A stretch of 64,000 nt of DNA from Trypanosoma brucei. Taxonomy: Eukaryota. The notes under the pieces were generated by a model, which searched no databases, was not told where the DNA came from, and saw only the letters and a program-made list of their open reading frames with translations. The DNA lies in assembly GCA_000002445.1 (NCBI GenBank), contig CP000070.1, positions 448,001 to 512,000 on the forward strand. The letters are read 5' to 3'. Below, in pieces: positions 22,308-34,413 of this stretch; position 1 is the first letter of the stretch; the number at the start of each line of letters is the position of its first letter. The translations under genes and the position numbers were made by a program.

Positions 22308-23246
22308 ATGGTTTTGAGACACACCACATATCAGTTCTTCAACATTACATATGTGTAAATCCATATTTACAAAAGGTACAGCTTTTGAATATCTGCATAA
22401 TTATTTGAAGTATTATTATCTAATGAAGTGAACAGTAGATGTCACTAAAATGCAAATAGTAATAATCCTCTGAAAGGCATAAATACTGTTTCACACAATA
22501 CTCTAAAGTAATGCAGCGCTATGCCATGAATACTTCCACAGAAGATACAACAACTAATGTGCGATAGTTAGTCATAATGATGCCTTCCATGTGATGAACT
22601 CTGCAATACAAATCATACGTTGAACAGAAACTAAAACATTAAATACTAAATATAAATGCATGGGGGAGTGATGTAAACTATAAGAGGGTTTATGTACGTC
22701 AAGGAAGTTTCATTAGAATACAATAATAGTTTTGAATTTTATTAAACAACTTAAAGCTTAACCACATGTGTGGAAACAACAATCACTTCACTATAGCATT
22801 TGTAGATTAGTGATTGTTACTGAAATAAATGAAAAAAAACAAATGAAGTAAATACGGCAAGCACTGCATCCCATATTCTGTATTCATCACTGTGTGCTGA
22901 CGCGTTTGAGTAGCTTTGCCCATTGACAGAAAAAAAAATAATAAATAAATGAAATCTCTTCTTGCATCTTGTACAAGTGTATTTCAACAAAACAAAGACG
23001 TAAAAGAAATTTTATGCTTAATATATTTACTCATTTATTTGAAGGAAAGGTACAATAGCCAAAAAACTATAAAGGTGCATGTGAGTTATACTTCATTGTC
23101 AGATAAAGTTAACTTCACAACCCTCCTGAAACACAAAAGGAAAATTAAAAGAATTACAATGAAGAAACAGAAGGAATACAATATGTTTTTGCCAACCTCT
23201 AACATGTTATATGTAAAAGTGACGAAATGGTCTTCACAATAGGATG

Positions 23247-25319
23247 CTACTCATGACCTCGTTTCCGTGTGAATGCTGGTGCATCTCGATATTTTCTCTC
23301 TTCATGATACGCTATTATAAGCTCTTTCTGTATCTTTTTATCAAATGTTATTTGATACTGGTCAATACCATCCCAAAATACTTGTGTTTCCTCAGTTTGT
23401 TGCTCAGCATCAGCGGTGTTGTTGTTCACACATCGTTGCCGCGTCTTAATCACACCACCATAAATAGCATTAACATATATCATCTCCCATGCCATGTTAC
23501 GAGAAAAGGTATCCCAATCGGAAAAATACCTTGCAATGTTTGTCATAAATTCCTGTAACTCTGAAACACTTGCTTCTTTCCTGTAATTATCTGTTATTTG
23601 AATAAGCACAATAGTCTTTGAGGCAACTCCCAGTTGTGGAAAACCATCCCTCATATCCGCAACCCTTCTAGAGCAATCTTCCACAAAGAAAAAGCCATCC
23701 ACAAAAAGCTTACTCTTTTCCAATGACCTGTAGAGCACTTTGTATTTACAGTTTCCAATTGCATTCTGTCCAGCTTCTGGTAAGAACTTTTGTTCAAAAA
23801 TTTGAAACTGTTGTGGGGTCATATCTTTCAGGATGCTACGCTTGTCTTCCGTCTCTCCGAGTCTTCGGAGGTAGTTCAAATGTTTTGTGACCACACAAAA
23901 GACTCTAGGAAAGAGAAGTGAAACCAAAGCCCTTGTTTTAAGCGAGTAGGCTCCGACCTTACCGTATTCCATCATGAATTCATGGGATGACATACTTTCC
24001 GCAACATCTGCAAACAGCGTACAGAGTATCATATTCCCAATGGCAACTGATAGAGGTCTACAGTGGTATGATTCGAGGTTTCCATATCTGCTCCTCTCCC
24101 GTACAATCTTTATTAACGATTCTGTGAAATGATTACCTTTCCATTCAAAATATTTTCCCATCATCATATCATAGCCATCTCGTCTATTACAACTGAGACT
24201 GCTTAGATACCTTATTACCGCCGCCTCACGACAGCAAGCTCCATTACTGAAAACATAACGAGGCAGCGGCCCCACAACGTCAACACGTCTCTCCACCAAC
24301 CTCCACTCATCCTCTAGTTCTTCCTTAACCTTCAAACGAGCATTTTCATCGAGAGTCGTATAGTTGGGAAATACGGACAGTTTCTTCCAAGCCACAAACG
24401 CCTTAATGTCACGTACGTCATCGCAGTTTAAAATTATCCTTGTTTGTTCCAGGTTCTTCATCCAGTACTTGTAGCGAACTCCATCTGGGGGTGCGAGGAC
24501 AGTCACACCCCAAACATTTCTTGGGATCTCATAAGGCAGAGTTTCCTTAGGACTATTAATATCAAAAATAATATGCCCTCTTTTTTTTAGACGCATTTCT
24601 TCAATAACATTAGTGACGTCTTCTCTCTCGTACAATACAACCCTCCCTTCCTCATTCCCCTTCTTGTTGTATATAAGGTAAGCGTCCACATCCGTGAAAT
24701 ACACAACGACATCAAGCATTCCTTCATGGAAGTGAAGTAGGGAATGAAGTAAAAATGATCCAACTCCACATGATTTTCCAATACCAGATATACCAATGAC
24801 AATGTGTGTTGGTGGTGTGCTCTCTGTCTTTTCCACCCACCATGCATTTAATTTTCGTTGTATTATATACCACACACGCATCATTTCACGACGGACGTAA
24901 ATATGACCTCCATTTCCCCCATATAAACTAATGAGAGAACATTGAAATCCGCATGATGGGTTACATATCTTTGATGTAAGGACAAAGATCTCCAGGCCAG
25001 TGGGTCTCTCCTCAAGTTCCGCATCAACTTCACAATGTTCAGGAGTTATATCCACTTCTTCTTCCGTCCATATGTGTTGTGGTCTTCCAAAGAATACCTT
25101 CATACCGAGTGGCTCTTGATTATAACCTGACATCACATAACTCCACTTCGCATAATACAGAGACTCATATAACTCCTCTTCACGAGATTTCCTTTTTCCA
25201 GTTACCGATGGATTCTGCATCTGTCGTCCACCTCGTTCCTGCACTTCACCTTGTGCACGATTAAACCGTTCGTTAAACACATTCTGAGTATTTCTCATAT
25301 TGCCGTTGTTTTGAATCAT
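23247..25319 (-). CDS. array copy 2: RHS-like P-loop NTPase, 690 aa, core type A with a variant micro-patch (SKICNPSCGF in place of SKMGWPSDRF)
   Basis: Colinear with copy 1. The ~22 bp substituted segment at 24949-24970 partly resembles the reverse complement of the copy-1 sequence. Confidence 0.6.
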   Translation of the reverse strand: MIQNNGNMRNTQNVFNERFNRAQGEVQERGGRQMQNPSVTGKRKSREEELYESLYYAKWSYVMSGYNQEPLGMKVFFGRPQHIWTEEEVDITPEHCEVDAELEERPTGLEIFVLTSKICNPSCGFQCSLISLYGGNGGHIYVRREMMRVWYIIQRKLNAWWVEKTESTPPTHIVIGISGIGKSCGVGSFLLHSLLHFHEGMLDVVVYFTDVDAYLIYNKKGNEEGRVVLYEREDVTNVIEEMRLKKRGHIIFDINSPKETLPYEIPRNVWGVTVLAPPDGVRYKYWMKNLEQTRIILNCDDVRDIKAFVAWKKLSVFPNYTTLDENARLKVKEELEDEWRLVERRVDVVGPLPRYVFSNGACCREAAVIRYLSSLSCNRRDGYDMMMGKYFEWKGNHFTESLIKIVRERSRYGNLESYHCRPLSVAIGNMILCTLFADVAESMSSHEFMMEYGKVGAYSLKTRALVSLLFPRVFCVVTKHLNYLRRLGETEDKRSILKDMTPQQFQIFEQKFLPEAGQNAIGNCKYKVLYRSLEKSKLFVDGFFFVEDCSRRVADMRDGFPQLGVASKTIVLIQITDNYRKEASVSELQEFMTNIARYFSDWDTFSRNMAWEMIYVNAIYGGVIKTRQRCVNNNTADAEQQTEETQVFWDGIDQYQITFDKKIQKELIIAYHEERKYRDAPAFTRKRGHE

Positions 25320-27853
25320 TCCTATCTCAAAATAATAACTTTAAATAGGTAATATTGTGTTACTTTCTGAACATATATGTGTTTGTGTGTGTTAAATCAA
25401 ATAGTAAAATGAAGGGAATGATGTGTACACACTATCAAGCAACACATATATACAGTTCATGAATATCATAAACTAACAGAACAAATCATAACCCCTCCTT
25501 ACAGTTAAACCCCTTAACAACCCCTTGCATATATTGAATAGTGATGTTCAATCAATTAAATATTCTGTATGAAAGCATGAGTAATAAGATTTTTAGATAT
25601 GAGAGATAACAAACACGAAATCCTAAGTGAAGAATACTACTATTTCATATAATATAATATGTATGCATATAGTATAATATGTCATACTTTTTGAAATAAT
25701 AAACAATAGTATTAATAATGAGATAAACAGAATTTACAATAATAGATTATACATTGCACACGTAATAATGAGGACAACGTATGTCACAAAGGTTCTTAAT
25801 TATAACATCGAAAGAACATTAACTCAAAGCATCAGCATATACTGCACATACAAACTGTTATTCATTATAACATCTTGGCTCCATTTCACAGCATAGACGA
25901 CAATGTTTGAGTGTAAACCGTAACATACAAAACCCAACACAAATATCTTCTGTACTGTCAAATATTGGGATGGTATCTCATCTCATTATTAAACACTTTC
26001 AACATTATCTTGTTGTCTCCTTGTTTGGGAACTCTCATCTGTGACACTAAGGAATATGTGAAGATATTAAGATCATTTATTTTTTTATTTCCTAGTTGCA
26101 TTTGCAATTGTTCACGTATTCTTTCAGTACACGCAAAAAAATTGAAAGTTTAAGGAAAATTGAATTATGAGAATAAGGAAACAAAGGATAAATTTTCTGT
26201 GAACAATAAAATATTATATAATATCTCAAATCTTCTGCAGTGATTCACCACATGTGGAAAATATATGCAATAGTTACATAACACTGACAACACTGAATAA
26301 AGGAATATATTCAATATACTCAATATAGTCAATATATTTAATGCAAATATTACATGGAATATAAGAAGTGTAAGGAATCAAAGAAATATAAAAAATAAAA
26401 TGTAATGGAGAATGATGGAAACTTAAGATACATCTATGTGAGCATAGCGTTGTGTGAGTAGAAATCATGTGCATATTTTATCTTAATCTTTCCCTATATT
26501 GTACTCACTCACTCGTAAAATTTAATCATGGAAATAAAGTTTAGGGAATAGTAAAGTTGTTCTTCCACTCGCATCAAGACACAAATACCTGCTTTCTGTC
26601 ATTGGAAATCATGTGTCTTTATTAAATTGTAGTATCCAATAATGAAAAAGAAGTACTCTATTACTATATCACTCATCATTTCCTACATCCCTAAATATAT
26701 CGCATATTGTCACTATACATATTCTTTTTCTTTTTCATATACCATACAACAATCATATATTATTTACTTCCTTTCTTTAACCTGATGTTGTAATGTTCCT
26801 TTTGGAAGATACAAATAAATAATTGTACAAATATTAACACAAGAGTAATAATAGAAGAAAAGAATTACCTTAAGGAAACTACATGGAACTTCCATTATAT
26901 AAGATACTACACTTCATATAAGGGGGAAATACGTAACAGTGGTTGTATCTTTTATTTGTCCTCAGTGTATCGGCAATCCTTCAGTAGACACTGCTTTGCA
27001 ACTGATTTCTTTTATGGATTAAGTTAGTCAGCAGTGTTGAGACAGGTTCCCCCGCATGAGGAGTGAAGGGACAAAACAATATTCCTACCTTCTAACCTAT
27101 TGAACAAGAATGTCTCAAACAATATCATTTGTCCCTATTTATTTCTGCAGATGCAAATGCTATTGATGGGTGAGATACATCTAAACAGCAACGGATATAA
27201 CTATACTCATACAGTGTTTCTTTGATTTCTTCTCGTCACCACAGTTGTGTTGGGTTACAAATATATACACAGCACTCCACTTTGTGGCTATAAGTCTCTT
27301 TAATATTTGAATGAAATCCTGCTTATCGCTACTGCAATATTTCACACTCTGTGAGGGACACTGATATTTGCTTCTTTCGTCCATTTCATATTTTGATAGT
27401 TATGTAAATATCTTATGTGCAATCCATCTCCTTTCCAAAATAAATAAAAAGAAAGATAAAAGCATAAGCAATTATCGACATAAAAACTGGAATGAGTCTC
27501 TCGGTTACACGTCGCACGCTTCTAACATATAGACATGCTGCATGTAACCTATTTTTGTTGTTTCATTCATGTGTCAGTATGATAAAATGAAAATAGTCTC
27601 ATGTTTCTCCTTGTGCTTTTGTATTGCATAAACTACTGGACTCGTCATCTCTTCCACCTATTCATCACACAGGAGTTGTTCACTTGCTTTACATATAGCA
27701 TATAGTAAAAATACAAAATATCACATTATTAAATTAATACTTCACTATAAGCAATAAAGCTTACTTGATTTTGTTTATTTCATTTATATCTGAGTTGAAT
27801 TACATATGTTAATTGAAATTATTCCACTACTCAAAGATACAAACACTTTATTG

Positions 27854-27900
<47 letters not shown>

Positions 27901-28849
27901 ATGGTTTTGAGACACACCACATATCAGTTCTTCAACATTACATATGTGTAAATCCATATTTACAAAAGGTACAGCTTTTGAATATCTGCATAATTATTTG
28001 AAGTATTATTATCTAATGAAGTGAACAGTAGATGTCCCTGAAATGCAAATAGTAATAATCCTCTGAAAGGCATAAATACTGTTTCACACAATACTCTAAA
28101 GTAATGCAGCGCTATGCCATGAATACTTCCACAGAAGATACAACAACTAATGTGCGATAGTTAGTCATAATGATGCCTTCCATGTGATGAACTCTGCAAT
28201 ACAAATCATACGTTAACAGAAACTAAAACATTAAATACTAAATATAAATACATGGGGGAGTGATGTAAACTATAAGAGGGGTTATGCACGTCAAAAAAGT
28301 TTCATTAGAATACAATAATAGTTTTGAATTTTATTAAACAACTTAAAGCTTAACCACATGTGTGGAAACAACAATCACTTCACTATAGCATTTGTAGATT
28401 AGTGATTGTTACTGAAATAAATGAAAAAAACAAATGAAGTAAATACGGCAAGCACTGCATCCCATATTCTGTATTCATCACTGTGTGCTGACGCGTTTGA
28501 GTAGCTTTGCCCATTGACAGAAAAAAAAATAATAAATAAATGAAATCTCTTCTTGCATCTTGTACAAGTGTATTTCAACAGAACAAAGACGTAAAAGAAA
28601 TTTTATGCTTAATATATTTACTCATTTATTTGAAGGAAAGGTACAATGGCCAAAAAACTATAAAGGTGCATGTGAGTTATACTTCATTGTCAGATAAAGT
28701 TAACTTCACAACCCTCCTGAAACACAAAAGGAAAATTAAAAGAATTACAATGAAGAAACAGAAGGAATACAATATGTTTTTTCCAACCTCTAACATGTTA
28801 TATGTAAAAGTGACGAAATGGTCTTCACAATAGGATGCTACTCATGACC

Positions 28850-30910
28850 TCATTTCCGTGTGAATGCTGGTGCATCTCGATATTTTCTCTCTTCATGATA
28901 CGCTATTATAAGCTCTTTCTGTATCTTTTTATCAAATGTTATTTGATACTGGTCAATACCATCCCAAAATACTTGTGTTTCCTCAGTTTGTTGCTCAGCA
29001 TCAGCGGTGTTGTTGTTCACACATCGTTGCCGCGTCTTAATCACACCACCATAAATAGCATTAACATATATCATCTCCCATGCCATGTTACGAGAAAAGG
29101 TATCCCAATCGGAAAAATACCTTGCAATGTTTGTCATAAATTCCTGTAACTCTGAAACACTTGCTTCTTTCCTGTAATTATCTGTTATTTGAATAAGCAC
29201 AATAGTCTTTGAGGCAACTCCCAGTTGTGGAAAACCATCCCTCATATCCGCAACCCTTCTAGAGCAATCTTCCACAAAGAAAAAGCCATCCACAAAAAGC
29301 TCACTCTCCTCCAATGACCTGTAGAGCACCTTGTATTTACAGTTTCCAATTGCATTCTGTCCAGTTTTTGGTAAGAACTTTTGTTCAAAAATTTGAAACT
29401 GTTGTGGGGTCATATCTTTCAGGATGCTACGCTTGTCTTCCGTCTCTCCGAGTCTTCGGAGGTAGTTCAAATGTTTTGTGACCACACAAAAGACTCTAGG
29501 AAAGAGAAGTGAAACCAAAGCCCTTGTTTTAAGCGAGTAGGCTCCGACCTTACCGTATTCCATCATGAATTCATGGGATGACATACTTTCCGCAACATCT
29601 GCAAACAGCGTACAGAGTATCATATTCCCAATGGCAACTGATAGAGGTCTACAGTGGTATGATTCGAGGTTGCCATATCTGCTCCTCTCCCGTACAATCT
29701 TTATTAACGATTCTGTGAAATGATTACCTTTCCATTCAAAATATTTTCCCATCATCATATCATAGCCATCTCGTCTATTACAACTGAGACTGCTTAGATA
29801 CTCTATTACTGCCGCCTCACGACAGCCAGCTCCATTACTGAAAACATAACGAGGCAGCGGCCCCACAAAGTCAACACGTCTCTCCACCAACCTCCACTCA
29901 TCCTCTAGCTCTTCCTTAACCTTCAAACGAGCATTTTCATCGAGAGTCGTATAGTTGGGAAATAGGGACAGTTTCTTCCAAGCCACAAACGCCTTAATGT
30001 CACGTACGTCATCGCAGTTTAAAATTATCCTTGTTTGTTCCAGGTTCTTCATCCAGTACTTGTAGCGAACTCCATCTGGGGGTGCGAGGACAGTCACACC
30101 CCAAACATTTCTTGGGATCTCATAAGGCAGAGTTTCCTTACGACTATTAATATCAAAAATAATATGCCCTCTTTTTTTTAGACGCATTTCTTCAATAACA
30201 TTAGTGACGTCTTCTCTCTTGTGCAATACAACCCTCCCTTCCTCATTCCCCTTCTTGTTGTATATAAGGTAAGCGTCCACATCCGTGAAATACACAACGA
30301 CATCAAGCATTCCTTCATGGAAGTGAAGTAGGGAATGAAGTAAAAATGATCCAACTCCACATGATTTTCCAATACCAGATATACCAATGACAATGTGTGT
30401 TGGTGGTGTGCTCTCTGTCTTTTCCACCCACCATGCATTTAATTTTCGTTGTATTATATACCACACACGCATCATTTCACGACGGACGTAAATATGACCT
30501 CCATTTCCCCCATATAAACTAATGAGAGAACATTGAAATCTATCTGAGGGCCAACCCATCTTTGATGTAAGGACAAAGATCTCCAGGCCAGTGGGTCTCT
30601 CCTCAAGTTCCGCATCAACTTCACAATGTTCAGGAGTTATATCCACTTCTTCTTCCGTCCATATGTGTTGTGGTCTTCCAAAGAATACCTTCATACCGAG
30701 TGGCTCTTGATTATAACCTGACATCACATAACTCCACTTCGCATAATACAGAGACTCATATAACTCCTCTTCACGAGATTTCCTTTTTCCAGTTACCGAT
30801 GGATTCTGCATCTGTCGTCCACCTTGTTCCTGCACTTCACCTTGTGCACGATTAAACCGTTCGTTAAACACATTCTGAGTATTTCTCATATTGCCGTTGT
30901 TTTGAATCAT
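28850..30910 (-). CDS. array copy 3: RHS-like P-loop NTPase, 686 aa, core type A, early stop removing the last 4 aa
   Basis: CGA to TGA (plus-strand g to a at 28850-28852) ends the protein at ...AFTRK instead of ...AFTRKRGHE. Confidence 0.6.
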   Translation of the reverse strand: MIQNNGNMRNTQNVFNERFNRAQGEVQEQGGRQMQNPSVTGKRKSREEELYESLYYAKWSYVMSGYNQEPLGMKVFFGRPQHIWTEEEVDITPEHCEVDAELEERPTGLEIFVLTSKMGWPSDRFQCSLISLYGGNGGHIYVRREMMRVWYIIQRKLNAWWVEKTESTPPTHIVIGISGIGKSCGVGSFLLHSLLHFHEGMLDVVVYFTDVDAYLIYNKKGNEEGRVVLHKREDVTNVIEEMRLKKRGHIIFDINSRKETLPYEIPRNVWGVTVLAPPDGVRYKYWMKNLEQTRIILNCDDVRDIKAFVAWKKLSLFPNYTTLDENARLKVKEELEDEWRLVERRVDFVGPLPRYVFSNGAGCREAAVIEYLSSLSCNRRDGYDMMMGKYFEWKGNHFTESLIKIVRERSRYGNLESYHCRPLSVAIGNMILCTLFADVAESMSSHEFMMEYGKVGAYSLKTRALVSLLFPRVFCVVTKHLNYLRRLGETEDKRSILKDMTPQQFQIFEQKFLPKTGQNAIGNCKYKVLYRSLEESELFVDGFFFVEDCSRRVADMRDGFPQLGVASKTIVLIQITDNYRKEASVSELQEFMTNIARYFSDWDTFSRNMAWEMIYVNAIYGGVIKTRQRCVNNNTADAEQQTEETQVFWDGIDQYQITFDKKIQKELIIAYHEERKYRDAPAFTRK

Positions 30911-33439
30911 TCCTATCTCAAAATAATAACTTTAAATAGGTAATATTGCGTTACTTTCTGCACATATGTGTGTGTGTGTGTTAAATCAAATAGTAAAATG
31001 AAGGGAATGATGTGTACACACTATCAAGCAACACATATATACAGTTCATGAATATCATAAACTAACAGAACAAATTATAACCCCTTCTTACAGTTAAACC
31101 CCTTAACAACCCCTTGCATATATTGAATAGTGATGTTCAATCAATTAAATATTCTGTATGAAAGCATGAGTAATAAGATTTTTAGATATGAGAGATAACA
31201 AACACGAAATCCTAAGTGAAGAATACTACTATTTCATATAATATAATATGTATGCATATAGTATAATATGTCATACTTTTTGAAATAATAAACAATAGTA
31301 TTAATAATGAGATAAACAGAATTTACAATAATAGATTATACATTGCACACGTAATAATGAGGACAACGTATGTCACAAAGGTTCTTAATTATAACATCGA
31401 AAGAACATTAACTCAAAGCATCAGCAAACATGCACATACAAACTGTTATTCATTATAACATCTTGGCTCCATCTCACAGCATAGACGACAATGTTTGAGT
31501 GTAAACCGTAACATACAAAACCTAACACAAATATCTTCTGTACTGTCAAATATTGGGATGGTATCTCATCTCATTATTAAACACTTTCAACATTATCTTG
31601 TTGTCTCCTTGTTTGGGAACTCTCATCTGTGACACTAAGGAATATGTGAAGATATTAAGATCATTTATTTTTTTATTTCCTAGTTGCATTTGCAATTGTT
31701 CACATATTCTTTCAGTACACGCAAAAAAATTGAAAGTTTAAGGAAAATTGAATTATGAGAATAAGGAAACAAAGGATAAATTTTCTGTGAACAATAAAAT
31801 ATTATATAATATCTCAAATCTTCTGCAGTGATTCACCACATGTGGAAAATATATGCAATAGTTACATAACACTGACAACACTGAATAAAGGAATATATTC
31901 AATATACTCAATATAGTCAATATATTTAATGCAAATATTACATGGAATATAAGAAATGTAAGGAATCAAAGGAATATAAAAATAAAATGTAATGGAGAAT
32001 GATGGAAACTTAAGATACATCTATGTGAGCATAGCGTTGTGTGAGTAGAAATCATGTGCATATTTTATCTTAATCTTTCCCTATATTGTACTCACTCACT
32101 CGTAAAACTTAATCATGGAAATAAAGTTTAGGGAATAGTAAAGTTGTTCTTCCACTCGCATCAAGACACAAATACATGCTTTCTGTCATTGGAAATCATG
32201 TGTCTTTATTAAATTGTAGTATCCAATAATGAAAAAGAAGTACTCTATTACTATATCACTCATCATTTCCTACATCCCTAAATATATCGCATATTGTAAC
32301 TATACATATTCTTTTTCTTTTTCATATACCAAACAACAATCATATATTATTTACTTCCTTTCTTTAACCTGATGTCGTAATGTTCCTTTTGGAAGATACA
32401 AATAAATAATTGTACAAATATTAACACAAGAGTAATAATAGAAGAAAAGAATTACCTTAAGGAAACTACATGGAACTTCCATTATATAAGATACTACACT
32501 TCATATAAGGGGGAAATACGTAACAGTGGTTGTATCTTTTATTTGTCCTCAGTGTATCGGCAATCCTTCAGTAGACACTGCTTTGCAACTGATTTCTTTT
32601 ATGGATTAAGTTAGTCAGCAGTGTTGAGACAGGTTCCCCCGCATGAGGAGTGAAGGGACAAAACAATATTCCTACCTTCTAACCTATTGAACAAGAATGT
32701 CTCAAACAATATCATTTGTCCCTATTTATTTCTGCAGATGCAAATGCTATTGATGGGTGAGATACATCTAAACAGCAACGGATATAACTATACTCATACA
32801 GTGTTTCTTTGATTTCTTCTCGTCACCACAGTTGTGTTGGGTTACAAATATATACACAGCACTCCACTTTGTGGCTATAAGTCTCTTTAATATTTGAATG
32901 AAATCCTGCTTATCGCTACTGCAATATTTCACACTCTGTGAGGGACACTGATATTTGCTTCTTTCGTCCATTTCATATTTTGATAGTTATGTAAATATCT
33001 TATGTGCAATCCATCTTCTTTCCAAAATAAATAAAAAGAAAGATAAAAGCATAAGCAATTATCGACATAAAAACTGGAATGAGTCTCTCGGTTACACGTC
33101 GCACGCTTCTAACATATAGACACGCTGCATGTAACCTATTTTTGTTGTTTCATGCATGTGTCAGTATGATAAAATGAAAATAGTCTCATGTTTCTCCTTG
33201 TGCTTTTGTATTGCATAAACTACTGGACTCGTCATCTCTTCCACCTATTCATCACACAGGAGTTATTCACTTGCTTTACATGTAGCATATAGTAAAAATA
33301 CAAAATATCAAATTATTAAATTAATACTTCACTATAAGCAATAAAGCTTACTTGATTTTGTTTATTTCATTTATATCTGAGTTGAATTACATATGTTAAT
33401 GAAATTATTCCACTACTCAAAGATACAAACACTTTATTG

Positions 33440-33474
<35 letters not shown>

Positions 33475-34413
33475 ATGGTTTTGAGACACACCACATATCA
33501 GTTCTTCAACATTACATATGTGTAAATCCATATTTACCAAAGGTACAGCTTTTGAATATCTGCATAATATTTTGAAGTATTATTATCTAATGAAGTGAAC
33601 AGTAGATGTCACTGAAATGCAAATAGTAATAATCCTCTGAAAGGCATAAATACTGTTTCATACAATACTCTAAAGTAATGCAGCGCTGTGCCATGAATAC
33701 TTCCACAGAATATACAACAACTAATGTGCGATAGTTAGTCATAATGATGCCTTCCATGTGATGAACTCTGCAATACAAATCATACGTTGAACAGAAACTA
33801 AAACATTAAATACTAAATATAAATACATGGGGGAGTGATGTAAACTATAAGAGGGGTTATGCACGTCAAAAAAGTTTCATTAGAATACAATAATAGTTTT
33901 GAATTTTATTAAACAACTTAAAGCTTAACCACATGTGTGGAAACAACAATCACTTCACTATAGCATTTGTAGATTAGTGATTGTTACTGAAATAAATGAA
34001 AAAAAACAAATGAAGTAAATACGGCAAGCACTGCATCCCATATTCTGTATTCATCACTGTGTGCTGACGCGTTTGAGTAGCTTTGCCCATTGACAGAAAA
34101 AAAAATAATAAATAAATGAAATCTCTTCTTGCATCTTGTACAAGTGTATTTCAACAAAACAAAGACGTAAAAGAAATTTTATGCTTAATATATTTACTCA
34201 TTTATTTGAAGGAAAGGTACAATAGCCAAAAAACTATAAAGGTGCATGTGAGTTATACTTCATTGTCAGATAAAGTTAACTTCACAACCCTCCTGAAACA
34301 CAAAAGGAAAATTAAAAGAATTACAATGAAGAAACAGAAGGAATACAATATGTTTTTTCCAACCTCTAACATGTTATATGTAAAAGTGACGAAATGGTCT
34401 TCACAATAGGATG

